A DNA stretch of 41,784 nucleotides from Fonticula alba ATCC 38817. Taxonomy: Eukaryota > Protista > Nucleariida. Under the pieces are notes generated by a model. That model searched no databases, was not told where the DNA came from, and saw only the letters and a list, made by a program, of their open reading frames with translations. Location of the stretch: the NCBI GenBank assembly GCA_000388065.2, contig KB932203.1; one strand, written 5' to 3'. Made by a program: the position numbers and the translations under genes. Below, piece by piece: positions 31,555 to 41,549 of this stretch; the first letter of the stretch is position 1; every line of letters begins with the position of its first letter.

Positions 31555-34500
31555 GCACGCCTGCAGTCGGATTCTCCGTGGTATTCAAGCCTCTCACTAC
31601 CCGGGGATGGCCTCGCGCATTGGCGTGTCAGATTCCGCCTCCATTCGGTCCGGCATGTCCGGTAATCCGATTGCCATGTCCCACTCGGCGGCCACCCTGC
31701 CGGCACAGCTCTCCTCTCCCGGGGCCTCCCTCCGGTCCAGTCCCTCTGGAGACAACATTTCCATCCATTCCGGCATGTCGGCACCGCTGTTGGCCGGTGG
31801 CTTGGCCGGCCAACTTGAATCCACCCAGGCCGGGCTTGGGCTCTACTTTGCCTTGTCGTCGGTGAATTTGGCGCACCCGGGCGTGCGGCGGTCCTCGTGC
31901 ACCCCCACTGGCGGCGCCCAGGTCGCTGTCCGGGGCCCGGCTGCCCCCCAATCGGACCCGCTCTGCCCGCCTTCGCCCAGCGTCCGAACAATGCGATCTG
32001 TGTCGTCAGCCGGGTCCGCACCGGTGGGCAGCAAGATGCGCCTGTCGGCCGGGCATCCGGACGGCTTTGTGGCGGCGGCCGCTGCCGCGGCGGCCGTCAC
32101 CAGCAGCGCTAGCATCACCAGCAATGGCAGCAATGAGGCCGGCCCGGCAGGGGGCGCACCGCCTGCCGCCGTCGCCGCCGCGGCCACGGCCGCCACCACC
32201 GGTTCGGTGTTCCCCTCGGTCGATGTGCCCGGGTCCCTGGCGGTGGCGGCGCCGCGGCGTTTGTCCCGCAGCTCGACCGATGTTCCCGGCTCGCCGGGCC
32301 TCGGCCCGAGCGATCTTCACGGGGACCTGGTCGGCGCCGTGCGCAACCTGTCCGGTTGGCCCGAGCCGCGTCTTTTTGCGGTCGACGCGTCGCTCACCCT
32401 GAACCAGGCTCTGGCCTCGGTGATTCAGTTCCTGGTCACCGATGCCACTGGGGTCTTGACGCCCGTCGGTGCGGGCAGCGGCGCCGGGGCCAGCTGCCTG
32501 TTGGTCATTGCCCCGCTGGCCTCGGCCACTCTGACCAGCCCTGGCCAGGCGCCGATCTTGCGGCTGCCCTCCATGAGCGGCTTCTACCTGCCGCCGCATG
32601 TGGCTGACAGCAGTGGATTCAACGGCCCGGATGCTGGGAGTCTGCCGGCCGGCGAGCCGCGCAAGACCCCGGCCGCCGTGATGGCCGACCTGCTGTCCTC
32701 GCCTGCTCTGGAGTTCGACTTCTCGCCGGCCAACTTCTGGACATTCATCGAGGCATCCCTGGAGGAGGCGGGGCCCCCTTCGCGACGTCTGGTCCACCTG
32801 TTTGTGCGTCCTCCTCCACGGGTTGGGGGAGGGACATGGCTCCGCGTCGCCTCGCTCCCCCCCCTCTGCCCCTTGATGCCTCTGCCGCCCGGCCCCACTA
32901 CACCCCGCCGCCGCCGCACCTCCACCGCCGCCATCCACTTGCTGCCTCCTGGCAGGGCATGAACTAATCTGGCTCCACTTCCTGTCAGGCCACTCCGTAC
33001 CAGGTGTACATCGGTAGCGGCTTTGAGGAGGCCTCGGACCCCTCGGGCTCGGGGCCCGGCGCAACCACGGCGTCGATCCAGTTTTTCCCCCTTTGCGCAC
33101 CGGGACGCATCCGTTTTACGCTGGTCAATGCCTCAGCCACCAATGGCCTGTCCTTCGGCTTTGAGATGCATGTGCGGGATACGGTCAACGCCACTGGTCC
33201 CGAGCATCAGGCCGGCGATCTGACGGCGGATGCCGCGGACGCTGCCGCCACCGAAACGACGATCTCCCTTTGGGCCTTCTCCCAGCAGGAGTGCGAGAGC
33301 TGGCTGCTCCACCTCTCGACATGTCAATTCTTTTCACATCGCCTGAGTGCGTGCCACCTTCACCTCGGGCGCCGGTCCTGTCTCCTGTTGTCCTGCTTCT
33401 CCCTTTCCTTTCCCGTGTCCCTCTTTCTTTCTTTCGCTCCATCTCCACCCCTTCCGTACACATGCCATGGCTGGCCAGCTGTCCTTCCTTTATTTCCCTC
33501 TTGCCCTTGCGTTTGCTTCGGAAGCACTGACCGGTCCATCCGCCGTGGCATGCTTGTCTCCAGCTTCCGGGGTCATGCCCGTCGAGTACGTGACCGCTGC
33601 CCGCCCGCATGGGGCTGTTCCCTCCTTTGAGTTCCTTGTATGTGCACCCTATGGCCCCCTCCGCCTGCGACTCACCCGTGTAGTGGTGCTTTTGAGCGTA
33701 GGTCCGACCCGCACACTCCGTTGGCGGTTTTCAGCCAGCTCTACGAGGGGGCGCTCTCCCTTTCGCCAAAGGGCCCCTTCCCTTCGGATGGTGGGCACCT
33801 TTTCGATCAGCCGGAGAGCACCTGCTTTTCGGAGATCTTTCCCTCGGCGGGTCGCTCACACTGGATCAACACCTACTCCATTGAGCGATCGCATGCGGCC
33901 AAACTCCGTGCTGCCTCACTGGCAGAGCAAATTGCCGGGCGTCACTCCCAAATCCAGCACTGTAGCCAAAAGCTCGATAGTTTGGCACAGGAGCGCACCG
34001 TGCGTCTCCTGCCTCAGGGTAGCTGTTCTTCTCCTTTTCTCCCTCTCTTTCTCTGTCTCTCTCTTTCTGTCTCTCTGTCTCTCTCTCCCTCTCCCTCTCC
34101 CTCTCCCTCTCCTTCTCCCTCTCTTTCTCCCTCTCTTTCTCCCTCTCTTTCTCCCTCTCTTTCTCTCTCTTTGCCCCTTCTCTTCCTCGTTCCCTCTCTC
34201 CTCCCTTCTTGAGTTCTTGCATTTGAATTGCTAACCGCTTACATGTGCATGCACTTCGTGGCTTGCCTTTTCAACCATACGAGTAGCGTTTCCTCGAGCG
34301 CACTCTCCGTCCGTTGATGATCCGCCTCAAGGAGGCCGAGGCGGTGGTGGCCAACTATGCCATCGCGAATGACGCTCGCTTTGGCAGTCTCTCCCACTTG
34401 TCTTCGCTGCTGGAATTGCCCGAGAGCAAGGGTGCCCTGTCGATTGGGCCGGCTTCTTTGGTGGCCCTTGTCAACAGCAAGGTGCGTACTCCATTTCCAT

Positions 34501-34975
34501 CGTCCTAACAGCCCTGCCCACCGGATCAGGTTGCGAATGGGCGAATAATCACCATTTGTCCGACTGCACACTGACATGCACGATGGGGTGCCATCACCTC
34601 GACCCGCCCTGCGGACCGTCTCGCGTTTGGAAACTGCCCGCAGATCGAGACCCTCGAGCGGGATGCCTTGCACGCTGTTGAGGTGGATCGAGCCATGACC
34701 ACCACGCGCATGGTCATTTTGTGTGCGTTTGGGGGGGGGGGGGGGCGGATTCTCGCGGGCCAGCTCATGGTGGGGGTGGTATTCTCCCTTTCTCCTGTTC
34801 TTTTGGGGGGCACCCGCTGACACTATCGACCTCTTTGTGGCCGCCTCTCGCGTCCCGCCCCTTGACCCTCTTCCGCCCTTCCTCCTTGAAAGATGCCATC
34901 CTCGGGCCGTTTGTGTACTGGGTGATTCAGCGAATTGGCAGCGCTGTCACCGGCCTGCTGGCTGGGCACTTGTAG
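30353..34975 (+). CDS. Large multi-exon hypothetical protein: disordered Ser/Ala/Gln-rich N-half, PH-like domain, helical region, C-terminal hydrophobic (tail-anchor-like) segment
   Basis: Exons can be joined in frame with canonical donors and acceptors. ISLWAFSQQECESWLLHL resembles the C-terminal strand-helix of a PH domain. The last exons give TRMVILYAILGPFVYWVIQRIGSAVTGLLAGHL*. The start is uncertain because a gap lies at 30138-30185. Confidence 0.65.
34085..34162 (+). repeat. Intronic pyrimidine minisatellite: (CTCCCT)n then (CTCCCTCTCTTT)x4
   Basis: Directly visible; the 12-mer units start at 34115, 34127, 34139 and 34151. Confidence 0.85.
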
Positions 34976-35439
34976 CTGGTTTTAGGACCATGCACATTGC
35001 GCCTTCTTCCTGCATGCGCCGGAGTCACATTTGCGGCAGGCAGTGCGCCGGTCATTGGACTTGCACTTGATGGATATGTAAACATATTATACCCATTCAT
35101 CCATCCATCCATACGAGAGACCACAAGCGGTACAGCAACAGGGACAGCAGGGCTTTGTGTGTGTGTATTCGGGCGTGTCATGGGGCATCATTGCCGATCT
35201 ATGTGATTGGGCTGCTGTGAGGAAGAGCGCTGGCAGGGGCGGCGCACCATCCTCTTGCTTTATGTGCTGTTGTCAGGAGGGGGGGGGGGGGGAAGGGGGG
35301 CAGCATGTGCAGCCGGCACCCAAGGCGGTCGCCGGGCTGCGCACATGCGCAACGGGGCAGGGGGAGACGGGGGGGGGATCAGATGCGGGCAGACACGGCC
35401 GCGATGAAGAGGGGGGGGGGGACACAGCGCGCCAGGCTA

Positions 35440-36443
35440 TCAGTTGGACTTCTTGGCAGCGGCGGCGGCGGTGGTGGTGGCCTCGCCGGAGGCAACGGCC
35501 GAGGACTTGGCCTGCTCGGCAGCCAGCTGGCGCTGCTTCTCCAGGCGCTTCTTCTCCAGGGGAGGAAGGTCGTTCGGGTGGAGGTGAGTGCCGCAGAGGC
35601 GATCCCAGAAGGTGAAGAACTGGCCGTAGTTGTAGACGAAGCGCAGGTGATGGTGGGTGTGGTGGGCCTGTGTGTCGAGCAGAGGGCATGCATGTGCGTG
35701 TGCGTGTGCGTTTGTCAGTAGTCCGGGTAGCGTCATGCGGGGGGGAAGGGGGGGGGAACAAAAGAAAGGGAAGAGGAGCCGCGAGGAGGACAGGACGCAC
35801 GGAGCCGTTGATGAAGTCGAAGGGGCTGAAGTCAACACCATCATGGATCATGATGGTCCAGAGCTGGACAAAGACGAAGAGGCCCAGGTACACATGCTTG
35901 TGCACAGGGAACAGGAAGACCGCAATGTGGTAGGGGGTGGACTGGAGCCAGCCGTCGACCGGGTGGAAAGCCAGCGCGGCGAAGGGGGTCGGCACCTTCC
36001 AGATGTGGTGGGGCTTGTGCACATACTTGTAGAGGAAGGGGATGTCATGCTCCAGGCGGTGGATCCAGTAGATGCCGGTGTCGGTGAAGAAGATGAAGAG
36101 GATGATCTGCACCGGGATATACCAGAGCGGGTAGTCAGAGAGGTTCTCATACAGCCGGGAGTAGCCCCACACCTCGAGGAAGACGAAGGGGGCGGTCAGG
36201 ACACCGATCCACGGGCACGACCAGAGGGCCATCTGAATCTCGCTGTGGGTGCATCAGTGCATGGGTGCATGGGTGCCGGGGGCGGGGGGGGNNNNNNNNN
36301 NNNNNNNNNNNNNNNNNNNNNNNNNNNNNNNNNNNNNNNNNNNNNNNNNNNNNNNNNNNNNNNNNNNNNNNNTTGCGCCACACACGCACTTACACATGCA
36401 CATACGGGGGGGGGGGGCACAGTGAGAGGGGGCCCAAGGATGG

Positions 36444-36476
<33 letters not shown>

Positions 36477-36788
36477 CGGAGGAGGAGCGCGACCGAGGGC
36501 AAGAGCGAGGGCGAGGACGTACAGCTTCTCCTGGCCCGGGAAGGGCTGCTCGGCCGTTTCCGGGTAGTACTTGTCTCGGAGCCAGACAAAGAAGATCAGA
36601 TACGAGATTGTGGAGGTGATCAGGTACATGACGATGGCGCCGAGGGTGAGCAGCAGCCAGGTGGAGAAGGCCAGCCGGGGGAAGTAAAGCTGGTCCGCCA
36701 GCGGCGTGAAGCCGGTCAGCTCAATGAGCGGCTCATAGAGGAGAGGACGCAGGAGGTACTCGTCGCCGAGCAACACGACAATGTCCAT
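35440..36788 (-). CDS. ERG3: Sterol C5-desaturase (ERG3/SC5D, lathosterol oxidase family), 3 exons
   Basis: The three His boxes are present: IYWIHRLEH, YKYVHKPHHIWKVPTPFAALAFHPVDGWLQS, and MIHD...[31 protein letters not shown]. The N-terminal segments are hydrophobic. Confidence 0.93.
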
Positions 36789-37444
36789 GTTGGCAGGGGG
36801 GGGGGGCGGGAGTGGGTGGGGACGAGTAGCACGGAGATGTGCGACTCGACGGAGGGGAGGAAAACACCGGGCGGGGAGGAGAAGGGAGGTAGGGGGTGAG
36901 GGCGGCGGTGTGGTCTGGAGGTGGGGGAAGATCTCTTCCCTGCGCGGCGTCGCGGTTCGCCTTGTTCCCTCGGTCCATGTCCCCTGCATGTGTGGGAGGG
37001 TGGGAGCACCACCGTGGCCGGGGGACCTCACGCAATCCTCGCGAGGCCACACGGGCGGGTGTGCCCGTTCAGCCTGCGAAGAAAGTCGGACGGGCCCAGA
37101 TGCTGGGAGACCGGGATGGCCCGGGTTACGGGGAATTGTGCAGGTGGCTGCGCCGTTTACGATGGCAGTGGCGGCGGCGGTGGCGGCGCAACGGCAGCAG
37201 CGCAGCGGCGTCGGCGCGTCAGCCGCGGCCCGGCCGCGGCCCACCCGTGCTCACACACAAGGGGCATCCAGCTGGCAGATCCCGCGATGGCGGTCCGGCC
37301 TGATGGCAAGCCGTGCGGGCCCGGCCCTGGTGGGCACGCTCGACCCCACCCGCCAGCGCAGGGGACCGCTGGGACACCGAGGTCCGGCCTCCAAAGGCGC
37401 GGGCATGCTTGCACGCTCGGCGGGCGGCCAACGGAGGGGGGGGG

Positions 37445-37914
37445 NNNNNNNNNNNNNNNNNNNNNNNNNNNNNNNNNNNNNNNNNNNNNNNNNNNNNNNN
37501 NNNNNNNNNNNNNNNNNNNNNNNNNNNNNNNNNNNNNNNNNNNNNNNNNNNNNNNNNNNNNNNNNNNNNNNNNNNNNNNNNNNNNNNNNNNNNNNNNNNN
37601 NNNNNNNNNNNNNNNNNNNNNNNNNNNNNNNNNNNNNNNNNNNNNNNNNNNNNNNNNNNNNNNNNNNNNNNNNNNNNNNNNNNNNNNNNNNNNNNNNNNN
37701 NNNNNNNNNNNNNNNNNNNNNNNNNNNNNNNNNNNNNNNNNNNNNNNNNNNNNNNNNNNNNNNNNNNNNNNNNNNNNNNNNNNNNNNNNNNNNNNNNNNN
37801 NNNNNNNNNNNNNNNNNNNNNNNNNNNNNNNNNNNNNNNNNNNNNNNNNNNNNNNNNNNNNNNNNNNNNNNNNNNNNNNNNNNNNNNNNNNNNNNNNNNN
37901 NNNNNNNNNNNNNN
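37445..37914. other. Largest assembly gap (470 N). Other gaps: 6223-6232, 13459-13623, 18152-18297, 19127-19233, 22236-22250, 30138-30185, 36292-36372
   Basis: N runs, mostly bordered by poly-G/C or (CA)n tracts. Confidence 0.99.
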
Positions 37915-39118
37915 ACACACACACACACACACACACACAGACACACACAGACACACACACACACACACACACGTTGCCCGACCCTTGCGGCTGGCTCCCC
38001 CCTTTGGATTCCTCCATTTCTGGCCCTGCCACTCCCCGCGGGGACCGGACGGGCGCCGGCGCATCACCCGCACACGCGGCGCCCAGGTGGCGGAGAATGC
38101 ACGCCATCGCCTGGCGCATGCACCGGGGCCGGTGCGCGTCAGAGCGTTGGGCGCACCCAGGCGATGGCCTGATGCTGGGCCCCCTCGGTGGTACGGTTGG
38201 CGGGGGGGGGGGGGCCAGGCGGTGCCTGCTCTCCGGCCCGCATCCCCGCCAGGACCAATCAGCTGGTTTTCCCGGCTCCGGCGCATGCCCGAACACACGG
38301 GCCCCTTAAAAACGGCCAGGTAAACCACACCCACCCACGCACCCTCACATACCCTGCTGGTGTCCAGGCTCCCGGCCTGGGGGCGGCTAGGGCGCACTGT
38401 TGCTGTGAACGCCCCCGGGGCTCCCTCCCCCCATGCAGGGCCAGCCCCGGCAGCTCCTGGTTGCCCCGCCCTCGCGCAGAGGCATGTTGCTCAAGCCGGG
38501 TGTATGCCGCGCGACCCTGGGGCCGTGGTCCTCCTAGCTCCCCTCCGGAAAGCGTGTGTATGCCGCGCGCATCGCGCCGCGTCTTCCACACGGGCGGCGC
38601 ATGCGAGGTCGGTGCCCGCGCGGCGGCCTCGAGGGGCCCCCCCCCGTCGGCAGGAGTCCCTGGTCGGAGACGGCCCGCGAGGGCGGGGGAGGATGCATCG
38701 ACGCTTTCCCCGCCCGTGTGCCCGGACACGACCGACACGCAGGAACACCCCCACCATGGTAAACCCTGCCACGGCCCTCGGAGCCGGCCGGGGACGCGCC
38801 GACATCGATCGGACGGAGCTGCCTCGGCCGACAGGGGCCGGCACGGGTCCGAGCCCGGTCGACCCCTTCTCTTCGCGCCGACACGCGTGTGGCTGGCCCC
38901 GACGACAGACGGCCTGGCCGGGCCGGGCCGAGCCGCGGCACGGTGCCCCCTTGCTGCCCCTTTTTCAGGGAAGGCCGGAGGGCCGGCTTCTTCGGCATGC
39001 GGTGGGCGGCCGAAAAAAATCGGCCTCCACACATGCGTCCCCCTGCCGGAAATTTTTGGCAGGGTTCCTTCTTCAGCGAGAATATATGGCCTTATGGAAC
39101 CCTGATTTCCATGAATCC

Positions 39119-39191
39119 GGGGGCGTAGCTCAAATGGTAGAGCGGCCGCTTAGCATGCGGCAGGCAGGGGGATCGATACCCTCCGCCTCCA
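39119..39191 (+). tRNA. tRNA-Ala(AGC), intronless
   Basis: 73-nt cloverleaf. The acceptor stem GGGGGCG/CGCCTCC has the G3:U70 alanine identity pair and discriminator A73. The anticodon arm is GCCGC-TT-AGC-AT-GCGGC. The T-loop ATCGATA has A54, as is usual for eukaryotic Ala-AGC. Confidence 0.97.
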
Positions 39192-39201
39192 TTTATTTTT
39201 T
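39192..39201 (+). terminator. RNA polymerase III terminator (T-run)
   Basis: TTTATTTTTT directly follows the tRNA 3' end. Confidence 0.85.
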
Positions 39202-39662
39202 AACTTGGCTCCGATCAGCCTCGGGGAGGGGGCGCGGCAACACTTCCTTCCCATCTCCCAACGTGGCCGATCAAAAATCCGATGATGCGGAGGGGCTGCC
39301 TGCCAAGTGGGCTCCACGCGCAGTGGCACTTTGCTTCCGATGGTTTGAGCATGTCCCCCCCCCCCCAGATAATTTGATATATATGAGAGCCAGAGGCACC
39401 CCCCCTCCTCCCCCCGGAGACCCATTCTGGGCAGAAATCATCCGTCCCCCTCTCACCCCCCCCCCTCCCTTTTTGGCTCTCCCCAACCCATCTACTTTGC
39501 CTCCTCCACATCCGGCTGCTGGTTCGTGCGTCCCGAAAGGAGCCCTGCCTGCCGGAGCCCAGCTTCCTTGCCCGTTCCGTTCCCCTGGCCCATCGTCGAG
39601 TGTGGGCCACACTTTTCCGGGCGTCCCCCCCCCCTCCTCGATAAAGGCTCGCCCTCCAGCTC

Positions 39663-41549
39663 ATGCAATCCATGTTGGCGGCTGGCAGGCTGGCCCTGCG
39701 CCGGATGGCGATGCCGCCGGGCCGGAGCCTCTCACAAGTCGCATCCTCATCTCGTGGGACCCTCTCGGCCGGGGAGCGTCTCTGTCGTGACATCGAGAAC
39801 GGAGTGGTCCCCTTGCCACGGGGCTTCGACACGGTGACGGACTTTCACTTTTTTTTGCGCCTGGCCGGGGCGCGGTCACCTCCGGACACCGACGAAAGCA
39901 TCTTGGCCAGTGAGGTCCGGCGAACTGGCCGACTGATTGGGATGGACGAGGTTTCGACCAGGATGCTGCTGGAGAAGTTTGGCGAGGCGTTTGGAATTCC
40001 CCCCCCCGATCCCTCGTCGGAGGGTGTATTCCATGAGCCCCGGTCAAGGGATTCGGTTTTCAAGGACGTGATGATGCTGTTCGGGCGCGATCCGCCGGTT
40101 CCTGCATCCACCATCTCGCGCTTGACAGGCGTGGCCCTTGCCAGGACGAAATACCTGCTGCATGCTCGCTCACCCTTGAAGCCTTTGACATCCCGAAGCC
40201 AGCCAAGCATCAGTCGGCTGCGGGATTTGTGTTTCATTTGGCCGCCGATCTTGTTGCACCAAGCGGCACGACTGCTATCGTCCTCCGAAGAACAAATCAC
40301 TCAGACCATCGTGCGACACCTGCCCGAGTGCCCTTACCTCTTGTCCCAGCCCCTGTCCCCCCGGGAGGAGGAACACATGCGAGCGAAAATGAGAGCCGCA
40401 CTGGACATCGACCCGCTGCCGGAGCCGAGGAGCCTTTGCGTGCAATTGGGGATGTTCTGGCGGACATTCCACATCCATGGGCCGAACATCTGCCCGGAGT
40501 ATGTCATCCGGTTGCGGGGGGAATTGCCCGCGCAGCAGGTTGCGCGGATGCGCGAACTGCTGGCCATGCAGACATTGACCATCTTTGAAATGGCCTCCGG
40601 TTTGGGGATCCGGCCAAACGACCTCCGGTGGTACATCAAGTACTATGAGCCGATGGTGGAGCTGCCGCCGTCCAACCAGCTGCCGGTCCGGGCCTTGGCC
40701 CCGGTCGGCGGCCGGGGCAAACTCACTCGTCAGCAGTATGCCGAAGCTCGGCTGCCGGTGGGTTCGCCGATTCTCAAGGAATTCGAGCCTGGAGGGATGC
40801 TGGCCGAGCCGGCGGATTGGCAAGCAGCCGCTCCCTTGCCTGCGGCGGCTCATGTGAAGGTGCAGCCTCCTCCGCACGACCTGGTGTGGGTCTCATTCAT
40901 GGGTTTGGCCATGAGACCGCCGCTGATGAAACGCGAAATGTGCACTCAATTGGGGACAACGTGGCGGGTAGTCGACAAGTACACGGAGGCCGCACCGCCG
41001 GACCTTTTCCAACCATATCCCGAGATGTTGAATCTCTCGGTGACGGAAGTTCGCCGCTTGCGGGCGTTCGGCCGCGAGGTGCACCCGGAGGGCGGGCGCA
41101 TGCGCTTTACAGTGCGGGACTTGGCCCGAAAGATGGCCATCCCCGAGGACTTGGTGTATTCGATGCTTCATCGCTATTGTCCGGAGTACTTCTTCTTGGC
41201 TCTTCCGCCCGAGGCACGATCCGGCCTTGGGGGGATGTATGTGCCGGAGGAGAAGTTGGATGCCCTTTTGGCGGCGTACAGCCACAATCCGAAAGAGATC
41301 CCCCAGAAGCTGGCCGCGGATTTGGGCTGTACCCTGCCGCAGGTGGTGAACTCCCTTCGAGCCCATGTCACCGGGCAGGGCAAGCGGTACATGGCGCCCA
41401 TGTTTGCTCGGCACGGGGCCAATCGTGCCTTTGAGATTGAGCAGATGCTGGCAGCACATCCGGACAAAGCCATCAGCACTGTGGGCCTCCGCTGTGGGTT
41501 GAATTTGCGGGTCATGCGGTCTGCCTATCCATATTTGCTCGAGCAATAG
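39663..41549 (+). CDS. Intronless 628-aa hypothetical protein with a predicted mitochondrial presequence and ~9 tandem helix-turn-helix-like repeats
   Basis: Long ORF with no microsatellites or C-runs. The N-terminus MQSMLAAGRLALRRMAMPPGRSLSQVASSSR is Arg/Ser-rich and lacks acidic residues. A recurring hxxhAxxhGh motif appears every 50-63 aa. Confidence 0.75.
   Translation: MQSMLAAGRLALRRMAMPPGRSLSQVASSSRGTLSAGERLCRDIENGVVPLPRGFDTVTDFHFFLRLAGARSPPDTDESILASEVRRTGRLIGMDEVSTRMLLEKFGEAFGIPPPDPSSEGVFHEPRSRDSVFKDVMMLFGRDPPVPASTISRLTGVALARTKYLLHARSPLKPLTSRSQPSISRLRDLCFIWPPILLHQAARLLSSSEEQITQTIVRHLPECPYLLSQPLSPREEEHMRAKMRAALDIDPLPEPRSLCVQLGMFWRTFHIHGPNICPEYVIRLRGELPAQQVARMRELLAMQTLTIFEMASGLGIRPNDLRWYIKYYEPMVELPPSNQLPVRALAPVGGRGKLTRQQYAEARLPVGSPILKEFEPGGMLAEPADWQAAAPLPAAAHVKVQPPPHDLVWVSFMGLAMRPPLMKREMCTQLGTTWRVVDKYTEAAPPDLFQPYPEMLNLSVTEVRRLRAFGREVHPEGGRMRFTVRDLARKMAIPEDLVYSMLHRYCPEYFFLALPPEARSGLGGMYVPEEKLDALLAAYSHNPKEIPQKLAADLGCTLPQVVNSLRAHVTGQGKRYMAPMFARHGANRAFEIEQMLAAHPDKAISTVGLRCGLNLRVMRSAYPYLLEQ

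Noticed and set aside
38188-39790. Long ORFs 38188-39105 and 38360-39790 overlapping the tRNA
   Set aside because: They are Arg/Pro/Gly/Ala-rich chance ORFs in very GC-rich DNA, with no codon bias or motifs, and one runs straight through the tRNA.
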